A DNA stretch of 63,256 bases, filler included, from Octopus bimaculoides (GCF_001194135.2; 6 parts of 6 records of this genome joined end to end with filler, not necessarily neighbours in it), one strand, 5' to 3'; numbered from the whole stretch's first letter, positions 25,462 to 38,640 are shown. The notes: a model not told the origin generated them from the letters alone. Made by a program: numbers and translations.

Positions 25462-25617
25462 TTCTCCGTGTTTTTCTCCTTTATCTCCGTATTCTTTCTG
25501 TTGAAGAGCGTAGCTCGAAACGTCAAAGACGTATTCCCGAGTGTCATACTAATACATCCTTTTGTTATTTACACAACCTGTCCTCGTCTGTTGTTGTTTT
25601 TTCGTATATTCTCCCAT
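25462..25617 (+). repeat. Penelope-like terminal repeat, family H2, second copy
   Basis: Homologous to 5157-5317. Confidence 0.7.
25493..25529 (+). ncRNA. Minimal hammerhead-like motif with variant core CUGUUGA
   Basis: Identical 37-nt motif to 5190-5226. Confidence 0.55.
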
Positions 25618-25623
25618 ATATAC

Positions 25624-25664
<41 letters not shown>

Positions 25665-26546
25665 NNNNNNNNNNNNNNNNNNNNNNNNNNNNNNNNNNNN
25701 NNNNNNNNNNNNNNNNNNNNNNNNNNNNNNNNNNNNNNNNNNNNNNNNNNNNNNNNNNNNNNNNNNNNNNNNNNNNNNNNNNNNNNNNNNNNNNNNNNNN
25801 NNNNNNNNNNNNNNNNNNNNNNNNNNNNNNNNNNNNNNNNNNNNNNNNNNNNNNNNNNNNNNNNNNNNNNNNNNNNNNNNNNNNNNNNNNNNNNNNNNNN
25901 NNNNNNNNNNNNNNNNNNNNNNNNNNNNNNNNNNNNNNNNNNNNNNNNNNNNNNNNNNNNNNNNNNNNNNNNNNNNNNNNNNNNNNNNNNNNNNNNNNNN
26001 NNNNNNNNNNNNNNNNNNNNNNNNNNNNNNNNNNNNNNNNNNNNNNNNNNNNNNNNNNNNNNNNNNNNNNNNNNNNNNNNNNNNNNNNNNNNNNNNNNNN
26101 NNNNNNNNNNNNNNNNNNNNNNNNNNNNNNNNNNNNNNNNNNNNNNNNNNNNNNNNNNNNNNNNNNNNNNNNNNNNNNNNNNNNNNNNNNNNNNNNNNNN
26201 NNNNNNNNNNNNNNNNNNNNNNNNNNNNNNNNNNNNNNNNNNNNNNNNNNNNNNNNNNNNNNNNNNNNNNNNNNNNNNNNNNNNNNNNNNNNNNNNNNNN
26301 NNNNNNNNNNNNNNNNNNNNNNNNNNNNNNNNNNNNNNNNNNNNNNNNNNNNNNNNNNNNNNNNNNNNNNNNNNNNNNNNNNNNNNNNNNNNNNNNNNNN
26401 NNNNNNNNNNNNNNNNNNNNNNNNNNNNNNNNNNNNNNNNNNNNNNNNNNNNNNNNNNNNNNNNNNNNNNNNNNNNNNNNNNNNNNNNNNNNNNNNNNNN
26501 NNNNNNNNNNNNNNNNNNNNNNNNNNNNNNNNNNNNNNNNNNNNNN

Positions 26547-26580
<34 letters not shown>

Positions 26581-26882
26581 TCATATATGTATATATATAA
26601 CATATATACTCTTTTATAATATAATTTTCTCTCAGTCTTTCTCTCTCCTTTCTTCTCTCTCCCACATAGTATTTGTCTCTCCGTCTCTGTCGCTTTCCAC
26701 ACTCTCTCTCTCTATCTATCTATCTCTCAGTCTCTCTCTCTCTCCCCCTCTCTCTCTCTCTGTGAATTTTTTCCCTCACAATATGAATTCACTTAGAGTC
26801 ACACACTTTAACTCTATTTGTATTTATACAGTTGATTATACACAAACACACAAGCTCTCTCACGCATATTGATTCATATACA

Positions 26883-26913
<31 letters not shown>

Positions 26914-26996
26914 GTATATGTTCATACATACGTATATGTACGTGTAAGAAATTATATAAATATATATACAGAGAGAGAGATAGAAAGAGATAAATA

Positions 26997-27096
26997 NNNN
27001 NNNNNNNNNNNNNNNNNNNNNNNNNNNNNNNNNNNNNNNNTTAATTAATTAANNNNNNNNNNNNNNNNNNNNNNNNNNNNNNNNNNNNNNNNNNNN
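26997..27096. other. Artificial 100-bp scaffold join with TTAATTAATTAA
   Basis: Spacer at 27041-27052. Confidence 0.95.
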
Positions 27097-27159
27097 TATT
27101 TATTTATTTATGTGTTTCAGCCAAGTGGCTGCGGTCATGCTGGTGCACCACCGTGATTT

Positions 27160-27440
27160 TCACGTTCCTTGCATGGCTCTTCTCCCCCACCTGACATGGT
27201 CCAATCAAGAGTTTTGATGGCACATCTGGTGTATAAGAGAATTTGACACAGCTGCCCTAAACTGCGTCTCATTACGAGCCATTGGTTCGTCTGGTATCGT
27301 GGAGAGGAAAGCGTCAAGTTTTGTCTTGAAGACCTCCGCATCCATGTCTTGCATGTCTCTCAAATGTTTTGGCAGGGCATTGAAGAGCTGAGGTCCTCTG
27401 AAACCGAGGCTGCTGCAGTATCTCGTTCTTATGTGAGATG
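27160..27440 (-). mobile_element. CR1/L2-group LINE 3' end
   Basis: Minus-strand peptide RTRYCSSLGFRGPQLFNALPKHLRDM...VFKTKLDAFLSTIPDEP...AAVSNSLIHQ. Confidence 0.85.
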
Positions 27441-27466
27441 CATATATATGTCTATGTATATATGTA

Positions 27467-27880
27467 TCATTATTCAGTTTTATTTCAAGATTTTTTTCCC
27501 CAATAACGAAAGAGCCTAAATCGAATGGTCTGTTACTGGAATTTGAATATCAACAACGGTGTATTTTTGTATGTATGTCATTATTTAGTTTATTTCAAGA
27601 TTTCTTGCCAATAGAGAAAGAACCGGTTTCTAACCTAGATCCAAGGTTCCTTTGGTGGAATTTCAGGACCAACAACAGGCTATTTTTGTTTGTATGTATG
27701 CATGTATGTATGTATGTATGTATGTATGTATGTATGTATGTATGTATGTATGTACGCTTTGCTTTATGTATGTCTTCTCATGTATATAATTGCATATCTA
27801 GACATGCTCATATATATATATATACTTAAATGATAAATTTCTGGAAAGTGTAACAGACTTTTACAGTTCCAGTGATGGAC
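27467..27880 (-). mobile_element. R4/Dong-clade LINE 3' end with duplicated terminal segment
   Basis: 27760-27880 is the reverse complement of 34570-34690; the terminal unit of about 120 bp is present twice. Confidence 0.7.
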
Positions 27881-28480
27881 GAAGTAGAAGCAGTGGTGGT
27901 AGAATCAGAGAAGGAAAAGGAGGAGGAAGCTGCGGTAGACAGGAAAAGAACGAGGGAGGAGTCTCCGCCAAAGAGTCCCAAGAAAAGAAAAGACGAGTCA
28001 AAGAAACAAGACACTATGGAAAAAGAGAGTATGAAGATTCGAACGCAGGAACCAGAGCCAATAACAAGCAGGAGGAAAAAAGAACTGAAGAGCAAAGAGC
28101 GAGAGAGAAGAAGTTCGATGAATGGAAGGAGAAAGCAGGGAGGGAGGGAGGGAGGAATATGTAGCACAAACAGGACAGATTGTGGGACGGAATTTAAGAA
28201 CAATGTTAAGATACGACAAGGATATAGAGATAGAAAAGAGATTAGCAAAAATGGAAAATCTAATAAAAGTCAAACTGAATTATGAGATGTTCGAACCCGA
28301 TGAAAGAGCGGTTTTATTGGAGGTAGAGAGAAAGGAAAGACTGATGGAGTTATTTGGAACCAGAATCAGACCTACCAGGATATATATATACAATATGACA
28401 GTTCACCCAATGAGATGGAATTAGAGAACCTTATGGAATACATAACAGACAAAAGAGACTGATAATTAATATAATTAGAA
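27880..28480 (+). pseudogene. Probable LINE ORF1 remnant (charged N-terminus, RRM-like RIYIYN motif)
   Basis: Overlapping ORFs 27872-28285 and 28122-28424 linked by frameshifts; KRTREESPPKSPKKRK then TRIYIYN...EMELENLMEYI. Confidence 0.45.
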
Positions 28481-29567
28481 CAGTAAAATGGAACTGAGAG
28501 CTTGGGGGGGGGGGTTCGTAAGCCATTACATCCTTTCATTGTTAAATATTTCACTTCGTATTTCATCATTGATTTTATGTACCCCACGTTTTGTGTTGTC
28601 TGTCCTTGTAGTGTCCTCCTCTGTGTTGTGGCCGTTGTGCCAAATAAAGAAAGGAGTTTTATTAATGAACTTCTGACTTTAGTAATTGATGACATTTAAT
28701 TTGATAAAAATAACGTCGTGGTTTCGTAAAATGATAAAACAACCACTTCATTATAAAATTGATTCTTGATTCTGTATTTGTGAGTATTTCTATGGGTTTC
28801 TTTCATTGTAAATCGGCATTTGCGCACTGACCGTTAATTAACATAATTAATATTACAAATATCAGAATATATTACTTTAAGCGATAACACGTGGGGACAA
28901 ATGTACCGAAAAGCAGTTGTTATATTGGATCTCAATGACGTTTTCTTTCGATGCCCTTAAAAAATTGATGTAATCGCAAATAGTATTTAACAGAAAACAC
29001 GAAATTAATACCCTATACATCATAATTTGAAGCATTGGTTTTACTTAAGCAAAAATTATATTTCTACAGGTCGCTAAATAGTAAAATGTCATCTGCTTTA
29101 ATTTTTAATTATATATAATTTAGTTGCAATTAAGATTAAAATATTATTACGTAATTAGCAAGATTTATGGTAAATTCATTATATATTGGTCATGATAATA
29201 TTAAAATTAATCTTAGTTTTACTGATAACTGATTCTGGAGCAGAATATCGGTTTTAGTCTTAATTATTGCTAATATTAACCTAGAATATTGCAAAACGGT
29301 TTTATAAACGACACCAAGCGATGTATAAGTGTATTTATTACATATGTGGGTGGATTTTTATTCCATTTCATGAAGAGACGAGACTTCAGCAACAGCTTTC
29401 TTATGAAAAATCAGCATCCTGCGCAAGTTTTCACTTCGGACATCAACTTAAATCACTTCATTCAGTGTAAATTTTGGAATTTTAAATAATTTTCTAAATA
29501 TTGTAATGTCGCTAAAAATATTTTAAAAAATATACTTTTACGACCGGATAACATATGATAATGGTTT

Positions 29568-29690
29568 ATGTTGCTGTACGATTGCTACGCCGATAATTTT
29601 CGTCATGAAGAACCCAATTTCAATCTTGGCTGCAGTCAATATTGGTCGATATCTCTGATCTGGAATAATCTAACAAAACAGTCGAATACA
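29568..29690 (+). CDS. Candidate first coding exon, unknown product
   Basis: ATG-initiated 41-codon open frame ending exactly at ACA|GTGAGT. No recognisable homology. Confidence 0.15.
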
Positions 29691-30502
29691 GTGAGTAATA
29701 TGTTTACTTCTTATTTGTTATTAATCGTATTTGATACAAAGGAATAATTATTAGTTTTAACTAGAAAAAAAAATCATCTAATAGTTCAATTTAGTTAACA
29801 TGGTAAAACATATTTGTTATAATAAATGTTCGAACAAATTATTATTGATCGCAAGCGTTCTGTAGAAGGAAAAGATTGTTTAGAAAGTATTTCGTTTCAT
29901 TTGAGAAGACTGCGGTTAATTCTAAAGGAACATAATGTTTATTTTTGTTGAACAAAGTAACTTCCTGGGGTAAGCCTGCTTTTCAACACTCAGGAAAACA
30001 GTTACTGAAGAGGGATTATATTCAGGATATATAAATAAATCAGTTGAATGTTATCTGTATCTGAAACTATTGAAAAAGATTAAAAAATGAACAGAACTTG
30101 GAATACATTTCTAGATAAAAGCAAGCAGAAAGGCTGAGAGTAAAACGGAAGAACGAATGAGAAAACAATGATAATTTTACAAAACTATGAAAGTACCACT
30201 ATAATGTGCTATTTCAGTGTGGAACAGTAAATTTTTCTGTAATTTATAACCTTTATTTATTTGTTTATTTATTGTATATCTTATGTTTTGTGAACAACAG
30301 CGACATTGATTATACTTCCTTAAGAGGTTGATCACTGGTTCAATGCACTTTTGGCAGTGGGAGTAACAACAGAATGTCTGTGTAACTTGGGCTTTGAAAT
30401 GAATAACATGTTTTGTTTTTTTGTTTTCACCGATATACATGACAAAAAGATGTATGTGTGTATATATAAATACATACATATATATATGCATACGCACATA
30501 CA

Positions 30503-30760
30503 TGACAGTCCACTTCGAAGGTGTTTGCAATCCACGAACAGGAGATTGATACAAAATACCATAATGGAGCCACAAAATTCATCAGAAAATGTCGACCATG
30601 TGACATTTTCTGTGTGAGACATAAGACATATGTGACCATCAGTGTGAGTCAAAAAATGCCATCAGGCACTACCTGGCTATGCGGCACGACGTTGTTGCTA
30701 AAACAATATACAATGCCATCCAACACAAGGAATATTGCGAAAATAATATAAAGTTTTTCT
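30503..30760 (+). mobile_element. R4/Dong LINE fragment (CCHC zinc-knuckle region)
   Basis: Frameshifted peptides FAIHEQEIDTKY, KCRPC and HYLAMRHDVVAKTIYNAI, matching R4-clade AIQEQ...CRLC...RHD.VAK. Confidence 0.8.
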
Positions 30761-31537
30761 ATTTGTTTATTTTTGCATTTCATGTTTTGCTCTCCACCTA
30801 AATAGACATTCGCCAAATCTAGAATACTAATTTCTGAGAGAAGATTTATGATTTAGTTCTGTAATTCTATATTCTTTCGTTCTAAATAAACCGGTTCTTA
30901 TTTCTGTCTCGCTATTTTCAGTATTGATACTATCTCGAATAAATATTGGTGAACTTTGCCATCTAAATTTATGATTATATTTCTTATATTTCAGTTAAAT
31001 ACTGAAATCCTGCTTGCGCTATTTTTTTAAAATTGGAATATTATCATTTAAAATTCTGTAAGAAGAGTAATTTTAGAACAAAACAGTGTTTATGATTTCA
31101 CCATAGTATTTATAATTACAACAATGTGTGGAATTACGGGAAAATTATACTGGACGAAAGAAAACTACCAAAAGCCACGTTGATACCGTTTGGGCATCAA
31201 TTTCATTTATTTTATATATATTGCCGATAGCCCCCAAAATTTGACTTTGTGTCCCCGTTGTGTTCTGAAAGATGACAACAAGATTTTCCTTATTATAGTC
31301 TACTTAGTTTAGAATTAGATCCAAGAAAACAGAACCACTTAGTAATATAATTCTTTTCTATCTAAACATCGGGCAAATGTTTCGTAGATTTACAGCACTG
31401 AATTTACAAGCTATCACAGATGACTTGAGTTACAGGGGCATATTACCCTATTATGGGAAGTTTATGGATACCAACTGCTCTTAAAGCGAAAATGCATTTG
31501 CGATTCCATTAATGCTTAAGTCATGCTTTGTTAATAG

Positions 31538-31596
31538 CTGACGTGGTAGACTGGCAATGGAGTGAACCTAACTCGACTTCAATCAACAAATTATTT
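31538..31596 (+). CDS. Candidate internal exon (DVVDWQWSEPNSTSINKLF)
   Basis: TTTGTTAATAG| acceptor, |GTAAGT donor, one open frame. Confidence 0.25.
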
Positions 31597-32008
31597 GTAA
31601 GTTAGAGTTAACATATTTATTGCTGGGATCATTAAAACGCTAACTAGTAATAAATATGCTGCGAGAAAAATGAAAACGATATTATTCAATTAGCGTTGTT
31701 AGTTTCCTTTCCATTAAGTAGAATATGTGTGCGTGTATGCGTGCGCGTGTATAAATTATATATATATATATATNNNNNNNNNNTCGTTCTTTCGTGAATG
31801 TCATGAATGGAAAGCATCCACTGCATTGAGAATTTGCTGGAATACTAGCCAAACCGTTTCCAAATGCTTAAGTGTCAAACGCTAGTGCCAAACGCTATTA
31901 TGTTGCCTCAAATGATACTTAAAGTGTAATGCATCTAACAATTTAAATATGCAACATTTACCAGAATGCTATAAAAAAATATACATAAACATACACAAAC
32001 ACACAAAT

Positions 32009-32054
<46 letters not shown>

Positions 32055-32236
32055 ACACACACACATACACACAAAGAAACTTACAGGCATGACAAATGTA
32101 GGAGAAATGATGAACACAAGTTTATATCATTTGTTCCTTTATTCCCTACACACTCGGGTTTAACACATTTGCTCTGTATAGCAAATCCAATAATACTGTC
32201 GTTACCAAAATATTATATATATCAAACTGTTTTGAT

Positions 32237-32267
<31 letters not shown>

Positions 32268-32671
32268 NNNNNNNNNNNNNNNNNNNNNNNNNNNNNNNNN
32301 NNNNNNNNNNNNNNNNNNNNNNNNNNNNNNNNNNNNNNNNNNNNNNNNNNNNNNNNNNNNNNNNNNNNNNNNNNNNNNNNNNNNNNNNNNNNNNNNNNNN
32401 NNNNNNNNNNNNNNNNNNNNNNNNNNNNNNNNTAACAACATTTAACAAAAGCATCTTTAAATGATTATTCCGGAGCCTATTCACCATCTACTTCAATCTG
32501 CTTGGCGTTTTGTTGCAGTTTTTTATGGAATAAAATTTATTGAAAAAAAGCCGCAATAATTATGCACCAACCTAATATATGCAAATGCACACATAAGCAA
32601 ATAACGCAAATGCACACATACATATATATATATATATATAAATATATGATATATGATATATGATATATGAG

Positions 32672-32890
32672 GAAAGGAGACAATGGTGGTCCTTTGGAAG
32701 CTATACATACTTAGTCGCTTGGACTACTGCTCCCTACTATGGTCACCACACAATATAAAATTAAGGGTGGAGTTCGAAGCAATCCAATGAAGCTACACAA
32801 AGAAAATTGTCTCAATGCAACGTATCAGCAACTGGGTAAGAGTGAAAGAATTAAAAGTGGGGAAAGATATGCAGTGATATACACCTGGGA
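32672..32890 (+). mobile_element. CR1/L2-group LINE fragment, same family as 24766-25085
   Basis: Peptide LWKLYILSRLDYCSLLWSPHNIKL..EFEAIQ*SYTKKIVSM. Confidence 0.85.
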
Positions 32891-33198
32891 AGAAATTATG
32901 TCTGTCTCTTTTTATGGAAACAAAAGTGTTTATAGGACTGCAAAAAAGTGCTCAAATCTAAATGAGACAAAGATAAAGAATAATTTTTATGAATTTTTAG
33001 TGAGTCATATTTACCTTTTTGATCGGCCGTTCCATGTGTATTTTATTCGAATATATATTTTTACCTTCTGTGTTTTTACCTTATGTGTTATATGTATATT
33101 TTTTTATATTTTTAAGAACCATGGTAATATTTATATATCATCAAATGTTTGAGGTATGGTGTTATATATAAAGTCGTTTACTCGAAAATTTGATGTTT

Positions 33199-33234
<36 letters not shown>

Positions 33235-33631
33235 NNNNNNNNNNNNNNNNNNNNNNNNNNNNNNNNNNNNNNNNNNNNNNNNNNNNNNNNNNNNNNNNNN
33301 NNNNNNNNNNNNNNNNNNNNNNNNNNNNNNNNNNNNNNNNNNNNNNNNNNNNNNNNNNNNNNNNNNNNNNNNNNNNNNNNNNNNNNNNTATATATGTATG
33401 TATATATGTATATATACCCTCACACGCACACACAGAGACACACACACATACACACATATATAATATATACATAAATGTATTTGTATACTTGTGTATGAGT
33501 ATATTCGTATACATTGAAATCTTTTGTGAATTGTTGAGTGAGGAACAAAAACGGAAAGCGGTAGACAGAGAGAAAGAAAGGGAACGACTGTGAGGTGGGA
33601 GAGAGATACATAGATAGATAGAAATAGATAG

Positions 33632-33665
<34 letters not shown>

Positions 33666-34235
33666 AATGCGTAAGTAAGAGAGAGAAAGAGCGTAGTAGC
33701 TTAAAGAACTATGTGGGTGCATACAGGCCGCAATGACGAAGAGTTTAACCTGATTCCAATCTCCATACTTGGTGGCATATGTTCAGCATCTTTCCATAAA
33801 AGCTTCAAGAAGTCAACATTAAACTCAAATCTGTTTCACAAGTCTTCCATCTCTAACTCTATCATAATAAATTCTTGCAATTTTTTCAACCAATCAGCAA
33901 CTATATGTCTATGATGGCACATAAAAGGAAATCCCTTGTTAGCATTCTCAAGAGACAGTTTTATTTTACATTCATCCATTCCATTTCGCGTCACCTTCTA
34001 TCCTAACACTTTCATTTTCTCTTGTTTATTTTAGGGCGTAAATTGTACCTATAGACATGACTATCACCTGTCTTTGTTAATCATTCTGAGATTTATTTAA
34101 TTTTCTATCTACTTAATATTCGGAAATTTCAGAGGAGAATATCTTAATACATACGTACATACATACATACACACATACATACATACATACATACACACAT
34201 ACACACATACACACATACATACATACATACATACA

Positions 34236-34700
34236 ATATGGTGGAAGCCATAGCTACTCATAATAAAAAGGAATGCTGGTGGAATGTGCCAGTGAAGACC
34301 TCAATAAAATTTAGGATAGAGAAGAGATACTGTGTACTGTTGTGGAAATTAGCTGCCCAGCGGATGTTAAAATAAAGATGAAAATCAGTGAAAAAGAGAA
34401 TACTTATGGTAAGTTATTGAGAAATCTGCAGTCACTCTATCCAGATTACAAGTTCAGGTTTATACCTGTAATTATCGAGGCCCTGGGATATGTAGCACAC
34501 TTTCTAAATACCAATTTTGAGAAATTAGGCTTCTCATAACCACAAAGGAGAAAGCTAGTTCGAAGACAACAAATCCAATCCATCATTGGAACTGTAAAAA
34601 TCTGTAAAACTTTTCAGAAATTATCCTTTAAATATATATGAGCATGTCTAGATATGCAACTATATGCATGAGAATACATACATAAAATATACAAATCTGC
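34236..34700 (+). mobile_element. 5'-truncated R4/Dong LINE, restriction-like endonuclease region plus 3' UTR
   Basis: CWWNVPVKTS...TVVEISCPADVKI.....KENTYGKLLRNLQSLYPDYKFRFIPVIIEALG; flanked by (ATAC)n on both sides. Confidence 0.85.
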
Positions 34701-34734
34701 GAATGCATGCATGCATACATACATACATACATAC

Positions 34735-35250
34735 ATGATGATAATGGCCGTCCACTCGTGATCGAGGAAGACCATTGCCGACCGTCAGGAACATTGTGCG
34801 CTCTAGGACTAACTTATATTTTGCATTTGCGTTGGTGGCTAATGAGCCCTGCTCTTGACAAGCATACACGACTGCAAACATTGCAGACCAAGCTTTCCCC
34901 ATTCACTATACGAGCCGTGCGCTTTCGCGCAGCTCGCTTAAATTCTTCATGCTGGATACGTGCTCTCTCAAAAGGGTCGATCCCCTCCTTAACTTGCTTC
35001 CTCCCAGTCAGTGTCCTGCATATCACAAGCCTTTAATGAGGACTTGACACAGTCCTTAAATCGCAGCCTTGGTTTCTGCCGGAGTCTCCTTCCATTCACA
35101 AGTTGTCCATATAGCATCTGCTTAGGAATCCTGCTATCCTTCATTCTAATAAGGTGTCCAGTCCAACNNNNNNNNNNTGCTATCCTTCATTCTAATAAGG
35201 TGTCCAGTCCAACGTACCCGGTGCTTGTGCACCGTCGCCTCAATACTCAA
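34735..35250 (-). mobile_element. RTE LINE 3' end with a C-terminal C2H2 finger
   Basis: VRWTGHLIRMKDSRIPKQMLYGQL...FKDCVKSSLK and CNVCSRVCLSRAGLISHQRKC. Confidence 0.9.
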
Positions 35251-37496
35251 GATATCAGCTGTTTTTTTAATGTTTATTATGGTTTATTAGTTTATTATTA
35301 TGTTTATTAGTTTATTATGGTTCCCTGCTATAATTAACCAATATATGGCATCACCTGCGGCCTCATGGGTGCTGCGAACGTATTGACGAGTCATTTCTTC
35401 GTGGCGTATGCATTAGGGAAGAGATGGTAAGTGTACTTGGGGTAAGGCATATGATTCTGGAAACAGTCCCGGTGCAGCAGAAATGGTTCAGAAACTCTCT
35501 CTCTTTCTGCAACAGAGTCGAAAAGGCCAACCATTTTGTATTTAAATAAATTGACGAAACACACGCAGCGAAATCTCAGCATTAGCAGTAGATGTCTGCT
35601 ATTCTAAATGACCAAATGCTAAACAATTCGGCTAATGTCCTCTCTGTATTAAATTACGAGACCCTTGACGGATGTCTTAGTTAATTAACTGTGTCAAAAC
35701 TGCAATCACGAGATTTTACGATATTTCTGAAATTGTTTGCGGTTTATTTTACGGAGATGTCCTGCAGAGACTAAACTTGTTAGGGAGCCATAAAAACATC
35801 ATACTTAGAACGTGTTCCTTATCTGCAACGTTTATCTGAGTTTAATCGTCCCTGGAACTAAATCCTATATAACATCTTCGCTGAAGATCGACCGCACAGA
35901 TATGAATATATAAGTATTAAGGGAAATATATTTTTTCCTATTTACTCTCATTACCAGCTAATGGTCAATAAGAGAAAAGAAAATGTAGATGATATATTTC
36001 TTGTAGTTATAAGTGTATGTAATTTCGTGATGGTTTTACAAGGAGTTCAAGGAGAACGTGTCTTAAACCCTATCGCAGTGAGCGGAAGTTGATTGGAGTA
36101 AATGGGAGAGTAACCAAACACAGATGCGGAGCTGTTAATTTATGACAATTCCTTGGGACATTTTGCTTAAATTATTCGCAGGACGTCCTTAATAATGAAT
36201 GAGAATTTCTTTTTTCCTTGCGTTGATATGATTAATAATACATGAATCTATATGCATAGAAATATTATCGTCTGGAAAAGCAAATGTAAGCATAATTGCA
36301 TAAATGCATACAAGGAAAGTAGAGATACAAGACTACACGCATTAGAAAATACAAACACGCTGCCCCCCCCCCCCACGCACACACTCGCTCACACACACAT
36401 ATACACACACAAACATACACGTATTAATATAGGAAAATATGTATATATATTTATTTACACACACACACTCACTACCCGTTTCCCCCCACCCTATTTCTAT
36501 TCTCATCACCAGACAATTCGAACGAAGCTCATCCTTTATTCATTTTGCTCTTTCTCTCTCATGAAACATTAAAATGTAATATTTTGTTTACAAAATTCGA
36601 AAACCTAAGAATTCTCACAAATTTCTCTCCTATAACATTTCAAATACTTTTTATTGAAATATATTTCTTCATGTTGTTATTATGAAAGTGTGTATGTATG
36701 TGGGAGGGGGAGTGAGAGATATAGAGGGAAAGAAAGAAAGAATGTTTGCTTGAGTGCATGTGTGTACTGCGAAGCGTTTATAGGACAATCGCAATATCAG
36801 AAACTGCTCTCGGTTCCGTATTTAGCTGTAAAGTGTAAAATGTCCTCGAGATTCTCTTGTTGCTTTGCACGGATTTCTCTGAGAGAGAGAGAGAGGGGGG
36901 CGAGGGGGCGTAATACGACGTACATTAATTCGCATATTTGATGCTCCATTGCACATCTTTCATCCGATTGTATAGTGTTCTGCTATTTCAGCTCAAATTC
37001 TGCTCTACGAAATTAGTGAATTTGTAGCTCTATGAAATTCATATAAGCTACTGTAAAGATTTAATAACTTAAATTTCTATTATTCATGTACAATTCCCGC
37101 TAAGTTAATGATTACCTTACGATATATCGGGGTTCTTGTAATGAAAACACACACGAGAAGCTTTTTGATTTTATATCAAATAAAATCCCTAACTGATTGT
37201 CTGCTTTCCATCAACGGGACTGACGTAGGAGCCCCCTATGTGGTAGTTCATGGAAATATTAACCAAATATTCCAATAATGACGACACGTTATATAATGCA
37301 CTCTCGGGTTTCATGCACATTGGAAAAAAAAGATTAAAAGACGGGATCGCCACAGCTTGAATGCCTTTCATCGTAAGTCTAGTCCATCAGGACTCACCGA
37401 GGGTTAAACAACTGCAAACATAATAACGAGCGAAAATAATCTGTGATTATTATGTTTCCTCGTCTATTGTTAACCCTGATCCATTATAAATATATT

Positions 37497-37720
37497 AAGG
37501 CGGTGAGCTGGCAGAATCGTTAGCTCACCGGACGAAATGCTTACCGGCGTTTTGTCTGTTGCTACATTGTGTTCAAATTCCGCAGGGGTCAACTTTGCCT
37601 TTCATCCTTTCGGAGTCGATAGATTAAGTGCCAGTCATGCACTGGGGTTGGGGTTGATGTAATCGATTATCCCCCTACCCCAAATTTCAGGCCTTGTGCC
37701 TATAATAGAAAGGATTATAA
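37497..37720 (+). mobile_element. Family B SINE, near full length
   Basis: GGCGGTGAGCTGGCAGAATCGTTAGC head; family B core. Confidence 0.9.
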
Positions 37721-37739
37721 ATACATCCTATTACCTTTG

Positions 37740-38185
37740 CCAAAAAATAAACAGAAAACTAATTTGCGTATCCTCAATTCCAATTTTGCCCACTTCTCTC
37801 AAAACTGCTGGTCTTGAGTACTCTTTCTAAAAATTTAAGGGACAAAATATGGGCTGCTATGATGGATGCTGCAATCCCTTTTGCAATCTTCATTCTGAGG
37901 TTTGTTCATACCACATCTTTGTTCTCCAAACAGTCTTCTACTGATATTAACACTCTTCTGCCATCCATTCCAGTAATGATATTGCCCAAGTATTTACATC
38001 CTTCACTAGATTCGGACCATTTAGCTTTGACTTCATTAGCTTCCTCACCCTTCTCATGTACTCCTTCTCAATTTTCGTTTTCATTTCTGTAGTTAGTACT
38101 CTATCAGATTCTAATACACCTAGATACTTATAAATCTCTCTTCCTTTCGATGATTTTAATGTCTGGCCACCTGGTAATCGGGTGC
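37740..38185 (-). mobile_element. R4/Dong-clade LINE, RT C-terminal fragment
   Basis: YKYLGVLESD....EMKTKIEKEYMRRVRKLMKSKLNGPNLVKDVNTWAIS and GRRVLISVEDC. Confidence 0.85.
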
Positions 38186-38494
38186 CTTCGTTATACTTCA
38201 TTTTGTTGTGCATTTATGAGTTTGTTCTTGTATGTTTTTTGTGGGGTGTTGCTTAATAGTGTATGTAGATCACAAATTAAGTATTTCATACTATTTAGGA
38301 TTATGTGTTCTTTCTCTTTTGGTTGGTTTTGTTATGGGTTCCGTTTTTTCAGCATTTACTTTTTAACTGAACACCGCCTATGGACGTCTCTTGCTGTTTC
38401 TTTCGTAGTTATAACCATAATTATAATTATTATTGATGTACCATCTATCAACCATTTCATAGTATTTATGAGTATCTGTTCGCCGTTCTTTCTC

Positions 38495-38640
<146 letters not shown>

